Origin: an uncultured Planctomycetota bacterium
GTDB lineage: Bacteria > Planctomycetota > Planctomycetia > Isosphaerales > Isosphaeraceae
Length of the DNA: 64,000 nt
Reading direction: 5' to 3'
Assembly (NCBI GenBank): GCA_963823665.1
Contig: CAWGMQ010000008.1
Coordinates: forward strand, 1,440,001-1,504,000
The position numbers and the translations under genes were made by a program. A model generated the notes under the pieces. The model saw only the letters and a program-made list of their open reading frames with translations. It was not told the origin of the DNA and did no database searches. This document shows, piece after piece, positions 52,589-64,000 of this stretch. Numbering within the stretch: position 1 is the stretch's first letter; each line of letters opens with the position of its first letter.

Positions 52589-54097
52589 ATGTGGGTCCGT
52601 AAATGTGATTTCGACGCGGAGAACGACTTCCTGCCGCCGATCCCTTCGCGAATCGCCTCCAATGAGGAATTTGTGCCGCCTCCTCAATCCGCCGAGCAGA
52701 AGGAGTACGAGGACCGGCTGGCGGCGATCAGCGAACGCGTGGCAAAGCGCCAGGGACGCTCGCGCCGTGACTTTCTTCGCAGCGGCAGTGGCATGGCGGC
52801 GGCTCTCGTGGCACTCAATCAGGTCCATGGTGACTGCTACGAAGTTGCTGCCGACGAGGTTGACGACCCCAAGGCCTTTGAGGAGCACTGGCCCAAGGAT
52901 CAGTTCATCTTTGACGTACAGACGCACCACGTCGACGTCGCGAGTAAATGGTACGACGACACTCCGGCCGGGCGCGGAATCAAAAATTTCTTCCTGACGC
53001 TGAAGCCCAAGGCCACGTCGATGGCCCACGCGGTGGAGCTTCTGAACCGCGCCCATTACGTGAAGGAACTCTTCGGCGACAGCGACACCGTGATGGCGGT
53101 GATCAGTGGCGTTCCCAGCCGGGAATGGGACAAAAACCCGTTGCCTCCGGACCAGATGGTGGCCACTCGCCAGTTCGTCAACGACCTGGCCGGCTCGCGC
53201 CGGGTGCTTTCGCACGGCCTCTTACGGCCCAATCTGGGCAAGCCCGAGCTCGAGGAGATGGAGCGCCAGGTCAAGGAGTTGAAGATCGAGGCCTGGAAGA
53301 TGTACACCGGCGCCGAGATCGGCGAAAAAGCCTGGCGGATGGATGACGAGAAGGTCGCTTACCCGTGCTGGGAAAGAACCAAGGCACTTGGCATCAAGAA
53401 TCTCTGCGTGCACAAAGGGCTGCCGCTGGGCGCGTTCAATGAAGAGGCATGCCGGCCGCTCGACCTGGAGAAGGCTGCCAAGGACTGGCCCGACTTGAAC
53501 TTCATCGTTTATCACTCCGGCTTCCGCGGCTATGGCTGGCTGGCCAGCGGCACCGGCATCAAAGTGGTGGATCCCAAGAGCACCGATCCCCAGGAAATCC
53601 CCTGGATCAGCGACATCCTGCGGATCCTCAAGCGCAACCCCGGTATCAAGAACATCTACTTCGAGCTCGGCAGCACCTTCGGAATCCTCGCTTCGTCGGC
53701 GCCAAAGCTGTGCATGCACATGCTCGGACAGATGGTGCAAGTCGCAGGGCCCGATCACATCCTGTGGGGAACAGACTCAATCTGGGGCGGCAGCCCGCAG
53801 GGCCAGATCGAGCTGCTGAGGCGTTTGAAGATCTCCGACGACCTGATCGAGAAACACGGCTACGCGCAGCTCACGCCTGAGGTGAAGAACCAGATCTTCG
53901 GCTTGAATGCCGCCCGGATCCTGGGCGTCGACCACGAGGCCGCGCGCAAAGCCATCAAGACCGACAAGCTCGCCGAGCTCCGCCGCGATCGGCGATATGA
54001 TCCAAAGTCACGCACGAACATGCAGTACGGCTGGGTCTGGGAAGAAGATGGCGGAGTTCCCACTGTGCCGGTCGGTGTAGGTCAGGCTTTAGCCTGA
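52589..54097 (+). CDS. Amidohydrolase_2 family metal-dependent hydrolase
   Basis: DVQTHH, CVHKG, YHSG, LWGTDSIW, IFGLNAAR. Confidence 0.9.
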   Translation: MWVRKCDFDAENDFLPPIPSRIASNEEFVPPPQSAEQKEYEDRLAAISERVAKRQGRSRRDFLRSGSGMAAALVALNQVHGDCYEVAADEVDDPKAFEEHWPKDQFIFDVQTHHVDVASKWYDDTPAGRGIKNFFLTLKPKATSMAHAVELLNRAHYVKELFGDSDTVMAVISGVPSREWDKNPLPPDQMVATRQFVNDLAGSRRVLSHGLLRPNLGKPELEEMERQVKELKIEAWKMYTGAEIGEKAWRMDDEKVAYPCWERTKALGIKNLCVHKGLPLGAFNEEACRPLDLEKAAKDWPDLNFIVYHSGFRGYGWLASGTGIKVVDPKSTDPQEIPWISDILRILKRNPGIKNIYFELGSTFGILASSAPKLCMHMLGQMVQVAGPDHILWGTDSIWGGSPQGQIELLRRLKISDDLIEKHGYAQLTPEVKNQIFGLNAARILGVDHEAARKAIKTDKLAELRRDRRYDPKSRTNMQYGWVWEEDGGVPTVPVGVGQALA

Positions 54098-54228
54098 CAA
54101 GAAATCACATGTGCGATCCCAGCTCGGCAACGGCGCCGTGATCGACAGATCTTCTCTCGACCACCGGCGCCCTCTGCCCCAAGCCTGGCCTGCTATTTCT
54201 CATATTACAGAGACCCAGCCCCTCCGGC

Positions 54229-54942
54229 TCAGCCAATGTCGGCGAACGCCGACACATTCCTCCTCTTTAATTTGTAAGTGAAGACTCCGATCACTCCGAG
54301 GAGCGACAGGACGACAGAGGAAGGCTCGGGGACTGCGGACGCGTTGTACGCAAGGTTATCGAATTCGAAGGCGTACTGCGTGCTCGACGCCACGATTGTA
54401 TTGAAGCTTTCTGTTGAATTTATGTTCACATAGTAAGTTCCTTGCATGCCCTGATCGCCGTTCGCATTGGATGTCACATCAGTTCCCGTGACCGTTCCAA
54501 CCGGAGTTGCGCCGTTATACAAAGTCAGAGTGTTGTAGGTGTCGACGGAGCCCCAGAGCAGACCGATATACATCTCTTGGCCTGGAAGGGTCAGAGTGAC
54601 CGAGCCGATGCCGGTCGAGAGGTAAGTCGTCCCGTCGGGACCGTCATTAGGGTCACCGAACAGCGACCCGTTTCCGTTTGAGAGGTACGGCGCGGCATAA
54701 ACATTTGTTAACGATCCCTGCACGGCCTGGCCGTCAGTGGTGAACGAAACGCCGACGCCTCCACTCACTCCGCCCGTGCTCCCGAGCGGCAAGTCGTTGA
54801 AATTCACGTAGTTCACGCCCGTCGGCGCACCGCCAACCGATGCAGTGATCGTCAGGCCGGCTCGTGCAGCCGGGCTCGTTCCGATCAGGCAGAGAGATAG
54901 CACGCCGAGGGCCGTGCATCTAGACAGAATCCTATGCATCAT
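54229..54942 (-). CDS. PEP-CTERM exosortase-substrate surface protein
   Basis: Signal peptide; WGSVDTYN, AFEFDN; VPEPSS + TM + KLKRR. Confidence 0.92.
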   Translation of the reverse strand: MMHRILSRCTALGVLSLCLIGTSPAARAGLTITASVGGAPTGVNYVNFNDLPLGSTGGVSGGVGVSFTTDGQAVQGSLTNVYAAPYLSNGNGSLFGDPNDGPDGTTYLSTGIGSVTLTLPGQEMYIGLLWGSVDTYNTLTLYNGATPVGTVTGTDVTSNANGDQGMQGTYYVNINSTESFNTIVASSTQYAFEFDNLAYNASAVPEPSSVVLSLLGVIGVFTYKLKRRNVSAFADIG

Positions 54943-55367
54943 AACAAGTGTGTTCCTTTGTGGCGGAATCGAATGCGCAATGTCGATCAAGCTGGCCCAA
55001 TACGCACTGGGCCGGTCGAATTCGAGCCGATCAAACCGGGACCTACCGCATGGAATGCGGCTTCAGAGCCGTTGCTTTGAGCGCCGGCGCTCCCGCTTGC
55101 ATTCGTCCTGCCGCACTCTTAACGCTCTAGGACCGGCTTTGTGAAATGAATAAAAAAGGGTGTGGAGTTCTGGATTCATTTGATGAAACAAATTCGTGAA
55201 CTCGCCTGTGCGTGTTTAAAAAATGAGAACCTAGGGTTGCCTGGGCTCGGACGCACTTTCGCGGAGCGAACGGCGACTATTTTTTCCGCGATTCTTGAAC
55301 GCGCGACCCTCCTGTCTGTCAGTATCTTGAAGGAAGGTCATGCGACAGACCAGAGAGGATTAGCCGG

Positions 55368-58300
55368 ATGGAGAGCGAATCGTTCAAGAGCACGCTGCGT
55401 CAGATCGGAACCCTCTACACCCTCGGCACGCTCGGCGGGCGCTCGGATGCCCAGTTGCTCGAGCTATTCCTCGCTCGCAATGGCACAACTGCCGAGGAAG
55501 CGTTCGCGGCCCTGGTCGAGCGGCATGGTCCGGCGGTCCTGGGTGTCTGCCGCCGGATGCTGCCGAGCTCGCACGATTGCGAGGACGCCTTTCAGGCGAC
55601 GTTTCTCGTCCTCGCCCGTCGGGCCGCCGCGATCGGCCGGCGCGAGCGACTCGCGAGCTGGCTCTTTGGTGTCGCGGTCCGGACGGCCAAAGAGTCGAGG
55701 CGACGAGCCGCGCTCCAGCGCGCAGGGGAAAAACGGCTGATGGAATTATCCAGGGTTGAGCCTGAACCGACGGAAGACCGCAACGACCTGATCGCTTTCC
55801 TCGACGAGGAATTGAATCGCCTGCCCGAGCGCTACCGGGCCGCGCTGGTCGCCTGCGAGCTGCAAGGGAAATCACGGCGCGAGGCCGCGGCGCAGCTCGG
55901 CGTGCCCGAGGGAACGCTCTCCACTCACCTGGCGCGCGGGCGAAAGCTTCTGCGAGAACGATTGGTCCGCCGCGGTGTCAACCTGGGCGCCGCACCGTTC
56001 GCGGGCTTATCACGACCGCTTGTCGAGGCGGCTGTCCCGGAACGGCTGCTGGGCCTGACAGTGCAGGCAACCCTGGGTTTTGTCTCTGAAAGCACCGCAG
56101 CCAGGGCCGTCCCATCAGCGATTGCAACCTTGGCGGAGCGCGTGCTCAAGCTGATGTTCCTGACCAGGCTGACGGTGATTCTCGCGTCTTTGACGGCTGC
56201 GGGCACGGGTGCGGTTGCTGCGGTTGTGCTGTGCTTCGCCGCAATCGCTGCGGGAATGCCCAGTCCCGATCCGCCCAAACCGGGTCCGGATGACGTGCCC
56301 GGCCGGGTTGTGGATCAGTCCGGCGCTGGCAGTGCCCGGAGTCCAGGTCTGGGCGATCGAAGGCCCCGGATGGACGCCAACGACGGTGGCGAAGACGACG
56401 ACCGACAACGAGGGCCGGTTCGTTGTGTCGTGGCCGCCGGACGCGCGTGGTTTGCGGGAGGTACAGAATTTCGCGGTGTTCGCCCGAGCCCCGGACGGCC
56501 GGGTCGGCTGGCAGCATCCGACCTGGCTCAACACCGTCGACCGCAAAGGAGTCGAGATCGAGCTGAAAGCGGGCGCCGATGTCCCCGGCCGGCTGACCGA
56601 TCAGAACGGCCGGCCAATCGGCGGTGTCGAAGTCGCGCCCGAGCTCATCCGTCGGTCGGGCCAAACGAACTCCGGCGATTTCATCCGTTTCAGCGCCGAG
56701 CTGACTGCTTTACTCCGGACGACGACCGCGGCGGATGGCTCATTCGTGCTCAAGGGCATCCCTCAAGGCGCCGGCATCTTTGCCACAATTGCCTCCCCCG
56801 CCTTCGGCTCGCCGACGATCTCCTGGGACACTGCCCGGCCGGTGACGGTTGTCCTTGATGGTCGCCTGGGCCGGATCAACGGCCGGCTCAAACCGCCGGA
56901 TCCGCGCGCGCTTCCGGATCAGCTCGCGCTCGGCTTGTACAGCTCGCCCTTGCCCGCGAGCGCAGTACCCGGCCCGTACGAGGTGTTCTGCCGGCGGAAC
57001 GGCACTGCGGACAAGGACGGCGTCTTTCAGTTCGACGGATTGCCACCGGGCCGATACACGGTCAGCGCGTACTTCGACAGTGCCGGCATCATCGCCACCA
57101 GGCCGGAATTTGAGATCGAGGTCGGCCCTGGCGCCGTTGCGCAGCTCGAGATTCCACTCCAACGGCTGCCGACGATCACCGGCCGGCTCGTCGATGCCCA
57201 GACCGGCAAGGGTATCGCGGGGGTGAGCCTCGTCTCCTTGTTGCGCGAAGAGGGCAAGAACTCGAACATTTGGTGCGGCGAGGCCACGACCGACGCCGAA
57301 GGACGGTACGCCATCCCGGCGCGGCCGGGCAAGATCCTGATCAACTTGAAGGACGTGCCCAAGACTCACCTGCGGCTCGACCACAGCGAATTCCCCAGCC
57401 TCGACGTGAAGACTGACCAGACCTGGCCCGAGCTGAAGCTTTCCCCAGCGATAGGGCTCGACGGGATTGTGGTCGATAGGACCGGCAAACCGGTCGCCGG
57501 GGCCGAGGTATTCGTGGACGTGCCTGACCCTCCCGGAGTCCACTCGCACGACCGTCCGATCGTCACCGGACCCGGCGGAACATTCCACATCGACCAGCTC
57601 GAGGCCGACGACGCGGTTTCACTGCACGCTCGCGCGGGCGGCGCGACGACCGACGGGGCCATTGTCGTCGAAACCGGCGCGGCCAACGACAAACGCAAAA
57701 TCACCCTCACGATCGACCCCGCGCACGCCTGCCGGATCCGCGGATTGGTGACCGACCTGACCGGCAAGCGGATCGCGGGGGCCAATCTGATGTTGAGGTG
57801 GCACCGATCCTACGTCACGAAGAAGCCGAATCGCGCGTCAGGAGTCGGAAGCCCGATCGCGATGTACACCACCACGGACAACGGCTTGTTCGTATTCAGG
57901 GACCTCTGGCCCGGCGACCGATACTCGATTGTCATTGAGGCCAGGGGCCATGCGAGGATCGAGACCCCTGAATTGACCGCTAAGGCCGGCGAGACACTTG
58001 ACGCCGGCAAGATCGTGCTGGCGAACACCAGCGGTTACCTCGCCGGCCGCGTCATCGGCTCCGACGGCAAACCCATCGCGGGAGCAAACATATTCAACCA
58101 CGGTGACGCACCTGGGCCGGTGGCGACTTCGAGCGATGCAGATGGCCGGTTCCGGCTCGCGGGCGTGTTTCCGGGCCGGAAGTATGCATTCGTTCGCAAG
58201 GAGGGATACCGATTCACCGGCATCAAGGCCGATCAAGACGCCGATGGCTTGACCATCACGCTGAAGAAGAGCAGCGAGCCGCTCCCCGTTTGGAAGCCTG

Positions 58301-59715
58301 CGTCGGTCTCAAGCTACGAAGACCAGCGTGCCTTCGCCAGGGGAGTCTTGATCCGGCTGTGGGAAAAGTACGGAGCCGACCCGGAAAAAACCGGCGCGTC
58401 CCAGTGCATCGAGGACATGGCCCTGATCGATCCTAAGCTCGCCTTCGAGTGGTCGTCGCAGCATGGCCGCCGTTACGACGACGCGGTACGTCTCGCTCAG
58501 GCCCGGGGCCTGGCCGAGACCGATGCGCCCGCCGCACTCGCGCTGCTGAAAAAGGAGCCCGTTTCCGCCAGCCAGCCCATCTTGCAATCACTGGCCCAGC
58601 GTTACGCGGAGAGAGACCCGAAGAAGGCAATACCATTCGCTGAGGAAGCGGCGGAGCAGGCGCGGCGGCTGATCGCATTCGAACGGCCCGTGGCGATGGC
58701 CCGGGCTGGTGCGGTCCTCGTCAAGCTGGGCCGTGCCGATGCCGGCCGCAAGCTGATCGAAGACGCGGCCCGGGACGCGACCAAGCTCCTCACCAAGGAT
58801 CGCGCGGGCTATTACCGCTCGCTCGTCGCCGAGGTGCTGGCCCCGTTTGATCTGAAACAGGCTCTCGCGCTCATCGAGCCGATCGAGGACGATGACAAGA
58901 TGCCGACGGCAAAGAGTGCCCGTTACGCGCGGATCGCCAGCGCCATCGCGAAGAGGGATACGACGCGGGCCGTCGCGATGCTCGACTCGGTCGATGGACC
59001 CTCGTTCCACCATGAGCTTGCCCGGACGGAGATCGCCTACAAGATCGGTGCCGACCGGCCTGATACCGCGATCAAGATCATCGAAGGGATCAATCGCGAC
59101 CGGCGGGCCGCCCACTGGCAAGCGGCGGCGTTCGGCTGGCTGGCGGTGGCCCTGGCGCCGCGCGATCGAGCGCGAGCCTTCGGGCTGATCGAACGGGCCC
59201 TGGCCATGATGGTCGATCATCCGGATGGCGGGAATCGAGCGGACGATGCGATAGCCGTGGCCGCCCGCATTGCCATCTGTGCGCGGCGGATCGGGTACCC
59301 CGACATGGAAAGCGTGGTCATGCAGGTGATGGCGACCCGCTCTGTCGTCGACTCACCCTGGGAGCGCAACTGGCTGTTGCGGTGCGCCACGCAGGCCGCG
59401 CTGGCACTGGCCCTGGTCGATCCCGACGCGGCGCGAACCGTGCTCGAGGAGACGGAAGCGCGGAGCGGCCCCGATGCGACCAAAGAACATGACGTCCGAG
59501 AGCAGCGGCTCATGGCCTGGGCACTCGTCGACCTCAAGCGGGCTGAGGCACTCGTCGATGCCGGGCTCACCGAGCTCGACGGGGCGAAAGAGGTAAATCT
59601 CTGGGGGACAGGCATCTTCCAGACGGTCGAGTTCCTGCTCAAGCCGCCCCATCGCCGCGAAGAAGTGCTGGGCGAGCACTCGTCTGGGGGCTTCTGGTGG
59701 CCGGGTTATGAGTAA
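55368..59715 (+). CDS. ECF sigma-70 factor fused via TM to carboxypeptidase-regulatory-like repeats and a helical C-terminus; apparent frameshift near 56331
   Basis: DAFQATFLVL, WLFGVA, LPERYR...GTLSTHLARGR; repeated GRVVD..G.P..G...TDA.GRF units. Confidence 0.85.
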
Positions 59716-59928
59716 CGGACCACGAACACAGCCGGCCCAGTGATTCGGACGGGCCGTGCTCTCCACCCTTAACCTTGCCCGTTGCCGCAATTCCGTGTTC
59801 GCACACAGGAGCATGTGCTACATTTACCGAGTGCGGTTCGCCACCTGATCGACCCGGCCGGCGCAAGGCCCCTGAAAACCGTGAGTATTCCAGCACTCGT
59901 CGTGTGTCAGTTTGCAACTAGGTGACGA

Positions 59929-61675
59929 ATGATCGAAGCACCGGAGAACCGGCCTCGCTTGCCCTTTGCCCAGCGCAAGCGCCGTCGCGGCGCGAGCGCT
60001 AGCGGTTTGCAAGCCCGGTCGCGGAGGATCCGGCCGTGCGCTCGATATTCTTGAGAATCGCACGACGCCCTCGACTTTCCTGGTCACAAACGCCTTCGAC
60101 CCGGCCGGGCGGCTCGTTCCCGGATCGCTGCGCTGGGCTATCCTGAGGGCGAATCGCTCTCCCAGCCGAAACCCTATCGTCGAGATCACCCCCTCGGTTG
60201 GCGGCTCGATCACGCTTCGCGCCGGCGAGCTTCGGATCAGTAACGGCCTGACGATCGAGAACGCCGAGCGCGCCGCCGTGACCATTCAGCAGGCCACGCG
60301 CAACTCGCGCGTCTTGCACATCCTGGCCAATCCGCGTTCCAAATTCGTGACGGTCACGGGCCAGGAGTCCGCGAGTCCGATTATTCTGACCGGCGGCCGC
60401 ATCCATAACGGTAACGGCGGCGGGATCCTCGTCGACAACCCACAGAACGTCCTGACCCTTCAGTACGCGAGCGTAGTCGGAAACTCCGCGGCCGAGGTCC
60501 GCAACCCCTTGTTGGGTGCCCGGGGCAACGGAGGTGGAATCTATTCGAGCGGTACGCTGACGCTCGATCACGCCACCGTTTCGGGCAATATCGCCCTCGG
60601 GATCAACAACGCATCCGGCCACGGCGGCGGCACCTACACCGATCGGGGCATCACGCTCTTCGACAGTCACGTCGACGGCAACAAGGCGCGGAACAGCTCG
60701 GGCATTTTCAACGTTTTCGGTTCGGTGGAAGTCGTAAACGGCAGCACCGTCAACAACAACTCCCCGACCGGCAACGGCTTACCCTTCGGCGACCTTGGCG
60801 GCGGCGGGATCGGCCAGACCGACGGCAACGTCGTCATCGCCGACAGTCAGGTTTCCAACAACCGCTCAAACGGAATGTACAGCGGCGGCATCGGGATCCT
60901 CATCGGCGGCATTACTGTCACCGACGGCAGCCAGATCGACGGCGATAGCAACAACGGCCCGGGCGGCGGAATCGCCGCGAATTTCGGCGGCGCAGTCGTC
61001 ATCAACGACGGCAGCCAGGTCGACGGCAACACCGCCGCGGGAATCGGGGGCGGAATCGTCAACTTTTCGGAGAACTTCGGGATCGACATCGACGACAGCC
61101 AGGTCGCCAACAACACAGTGACAAACGTGCAAGACACAAGCGCAGCCGCGGGTCTCGCCACGCTCGGCGAGAATCCCGTGATCGCAAAGATATTCGTCGG
61201 CATCGGCCGGGGTGATCCCAGCCTGAAGCAGGCGCTCCAACTGTTCGTGAACACCTGTGCGCAGCGGGTCGGCCTGATCAACACTGCGGTGAGCGCGTTT
61301 CCCTCTGGCGGTCAGATCCAGATCGGCGCCGGCGTCGCCAGCCCGCTCAACGGCGCGATCGTGATTTCAGGCGGCAGCACAATCAGCGGAAACCAATTCA
61401 CCGCCGTACGATCATCGACGATCCCGGCGGCGGGCTACGGTGGCGGTATCTTCGGCAACCTTGGCTCAATCGCGATCGACGGCAGCACGATCAGCGGAAA
61501 CGTCGCCTCGGTCGACGCCGGCGGGATCTGGAACGGGTTCTCCCTGACCCTCGGCAACAGCACCGTCACCGGCAACAGCGCCGCGCAGACGGGCGGGGGA
61601 ATCTATAATCAGGGAACCTTCGTCTCCATGAACAATAACATAAGCGGCAACCTGCCCGATAACATCTACCCCTGA
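59929..61675 (+). CDS. Secreted Gly/Asn-rich beta-helix (polymorphic repeat) protein; apparent frameshift near 60035
   Basis: Arg-rich leader, LDILENRTTPSTFLVTN, GSLRWAI; repeated GGGI...SGN.A units. Confidence 0.8.
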
Positions 61676-61882
61676 CCGTCATGCGAAGCATGGGGCCGAT
61701 GCCTGGTACCTGGTGGTGGGCCACCAAGGCCCGGGCGGTCGGATATGTGGTTCGCCGGGCACCAAGACCTTTACTCTGCGATTTGCCGCGGTATGATCAG
61801 CGGAATTCTGAAACGAGCCAGACATCTCGCGTGCGTCGAACGTACTCAGATACGCGGTAGACCCTCAACAGCGGAAAGCAAC

Positions 61883-62182
61883 ATGAGGACGATCGCATTC
61901 ACCATCGCCGCGCTGATCGGGCTCGCCAGTACAGCCCACGCTCAAGACCGAGTAAACCGTCGCTACACCCAGCGAACCGACCACTACTCCCAGGTCTTCA
62001 ACTACTGGGCCTACCACCTGGGAACCGACAGCGGGTTCACTCCCGTCGCCACCTTCGGCGGGTCAGGAATCGTGGTCGGAACCAGACTCACGTGCAACGC
62101 CTGTGGGGCGGTCGGGCACACGAGCTGCGGAGCCAATGTCCCGCTCTATGCCACACACTACACTTGGGAAATGATGCCCTGA
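61883..62182 (+). CDS. Small secreted protein
   Basis: Signal peptide MRTIAFTIAALIGLASTAHA; CNAC...H..C. Confidence 0.6.
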   Translation: MRTIAFTIAALIGLASTAHAQDRVNRRYTQRTDHYSQVFNYWAYHLGTDSGFTPVATFGGSGIVVGTRLTCNACGAVGHTSCGANVPLYATHYTWEMMP

Positions 62183-62203
62183 ACCTTGAGCCGGAGTGGC
62201 TGC

Positions 62204-62467
62204 TCAAGTTCCGCCATCGGTGCGATACGAGCGTAAAGCACGACCAACCAGCGGGACACACGCGCCCTTGAATTCATTGCACGCATGACACGCGAGCCAG
62301 AGGTTCTGTTCAACGGTCTTCCCGCCTCGGGATTCAGGAATAATGTGCTCGATGCTCAAACGAAAGCCCGATATGCTCTGCGGTGTCCGACAATAAGCGC
62401 AACAGTAGCCGGCGGTCATAGCCACGCGCTCGCGCAGCCCGCGCGGGATCCGGGCTTTGCCGGGCAT
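62204..62467 (-). pseudogene. HNH endonuclease, probably C-terminally truncated
   Basis: CAYC, IEHIIP..RGG, NLWLACHACN; sequence degenerates right after the HNH motif. Confidence 0.7.
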
Positions 62468-62469
62468 CG

Positions 62470-62879
62470 CTAGAAACCCTCGGGCTTCGGCAGCGGATGC
62501 CCTCGGTACTTCAACAACAGGATGGCGTAAGACCGTTTGAGCATTAGACGGTCGCCCTCGGCGCGAAGCTCACCGAGCACCCTCTCTCTCAGTCCGTCAA
62601 CGCACCTCGCTGGTTCGACTCGAGAAGGCGTTCCAGTCGGTGCTGTTTAGCCGGCACCAGACTGCTCTTCGCAATCTTCAAGAGAGCTGCATCACCCAAA
62701 TCTTCCATCGCATCGAGTTCCGCACGGTACTCGACCGGCACTTTTTCCAGTGATGGCGTCGCGGCCCGGACGATCTTCACGAGGGCCTTTCCCATCGGTC
62801 AGTTCATCCCTTTGGCAGCGCGGCGGAGGCGCTCGTAAACATCTTCAGGTCGCTGAAGCGTTAGCACCGGCTGCCTCAT
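62470..62879 (-). pseudogene. Antitoxin-like partner gene upstream of the HNH, with nonsense codons and a frameshift
   Basis: MRQPVLTLQRPEDVYERLRRAAKGMN*PMGK...RLLESNQRGALTD*, then DRLMLKRSYAILLLKYRGH in a shifted frame. Confidence 0.65.
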
Positions 62880-63071
62880 GATTCCGGCCCTTCCCCTGCC
62901 GATGACTGCGATTGGAACCGCGCCCATTGTAAGGCTCGTCGTGATTTGTTGGGAATGCCATGGCGCGCGTCGCGACGAAAGGGCATAGTGTCCCTTCCCG
63001 AAGCGACGGGCGAGAATTGTAGTGGAATTGATTGCGATCGGCCGACCAACGCGCGTTCATCGCAGCCGAGC

Positions 63072-64000
63072 TTAGCGGACGAGCTCTTCGACCGCATCAC
63101 GGAGTTGCTGAGCGTGGAGGTTCTTGTGCCGTATGATGCCTGCGCCGTCAATTACGTACGTCACTGGAATATCCGACACGTTCCACTCGTTAGCGATCGA
63201 ACGCTGCTGACCATCCCACCAACACGGCCACGTCACTTCTCCACTCTTGATGATCTTGCGGAGAGTCTCTTTTTCAGGGTCCGCGTTGACGCTCACGACC
63301 GCGAAATGCTTGTCCTTGAGTCTTTCAAAGAGATCGCGCTCGAGCGGATACATCGCGCGACACGGCCCGCACCAGTTTGCCGAGAAGGTGAGCAAAACGA
63401 CTCGGCCGCGGTAATCCGAGAGCTTGAACTGCCTCCCGTCGACGTCATCGCCGACGATTTCCGGGGCAAGTTTGCCTGGGACTAAGTCCCTGAGCTCATG
63501 CAGTTGTCGCGCTGCGTCCTCGCCAAGGGCGACGTCGTCATGTTTCTTGCCAAACATCGGCACGTCGGCAAACTCGCTTAAGGCCCGCGCAAAAAGGCAT
63601 TCAGCCTCCCGAAGCAATGCGGCCGGGTTCGCACTCTTGAGCTTCTGCACTGCTCCGTTGCCCCAGCGCTTCTCAAGGCGGACCTCTACTTTTGAATCCT
63701 CCCGGGGATTTTGCATCTCGAGCACGAACTCAGCTTGGTTCTTGAGGAACCTGCCGAACCAGTAGCATGCCATGCCACGCACTTCTCGGTGAGGGCTCTT
63801 TGCGAGCGCTTCCCGGTATAGCTTTTCAGTGGCGTCAGAGGCTGCGTCGAGAAACATCATCCCACCCATCGCTAAACCGATCCTTTTGTGGTCGATATGG
63901 TGGCTGGCGAGCAACCGCCGGGCCCGATCGGCCGCGACCGAGAGCGCTGGCTCCTTTGAACCCCATGTGGGTGACATCTTGCTGACCCAAACCAGCGCGT
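63072..64000 (-). CDS. TlpA/redoxin-family thiol-disulfide oxidoreductase (5' end likely outside window)
   Basis: APEIVG.DVDG..FKLSDYRGRVVLL, WCGPC, IPVTYVIDGAG. Confidence 0.9.
   Translation of the reverse strand, partial: ALVWVSKMSPTWGSKEPALSVAADRARRLLASHHIDHKRIGLAMGGMMFLDAASDATEKLYREALAKSPHREVRGMACYWFGRFLKNQAEFVLEMQNPREDSKVEVRLEKRWGNGAVQKLKSANPAALLREAECLFARALSEFADVPMFGKKHDDVALGEDAARQLHELRDLVPGKLAPEIVGDDVDGRQFKLSDYRGRVVLLTFSANWCGPCRAMYPLERDLFERLKDKHFAVVSVNADPEKETLRKIIKSGEVTWPCWWDGQQRSIANEWNVSDIPVTYVIDGAGIIRHKNLHAQQLRDAVEELVR

Overview
GC-rich bacterial chromosome segment, most likely from a planctomycete (Isosphaeraceae-like). The basis is gene content: PVC-type dehydrogenase/CxxCH proteins, planctomycete cytochrome-c/WD40 and PPC proteins, DUF1559, Ser/Thr kinase-WD40, ECF sigma fusions, PEP-CTERM and several REP-like repeats. 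1-18 kb is mostly housekeeping, metabolic and signalling genes: aroE-aroK-prepilin peptidase-LapA, sensor-less histidine kinase/BON/ANTAR regulator, MaoC, SDR, epimerase, aldolase, GT4, PVC dehydrogenase plus cytochrome c, trypsin protease. About 18-45 kb is accessory and plastic: an orphan P-loop replication-type ATPase with iteron-like repeats, a Mu/Tn7-like transposon-end remnant, duplicated genes, decayed ECF sigma genes and two candidate novel defence/signalling cassettes. Cassette (i) is a receiver domain fused to a CAP12/Pycsar-type TIR domain, followed by an HPr, and bracketed by a ~660-bp direct duplication. Cassette (ii) is a TIR/NDT-like-Mrr-type nuclease fusion followed by a second Mrr-type nuclease. 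Many otherwise intact genes have single-base frameshifts that look like sequencing indels, so some CDS boundaries are reconstructed by eye. All family assignments come from motif recognition, not database searches.
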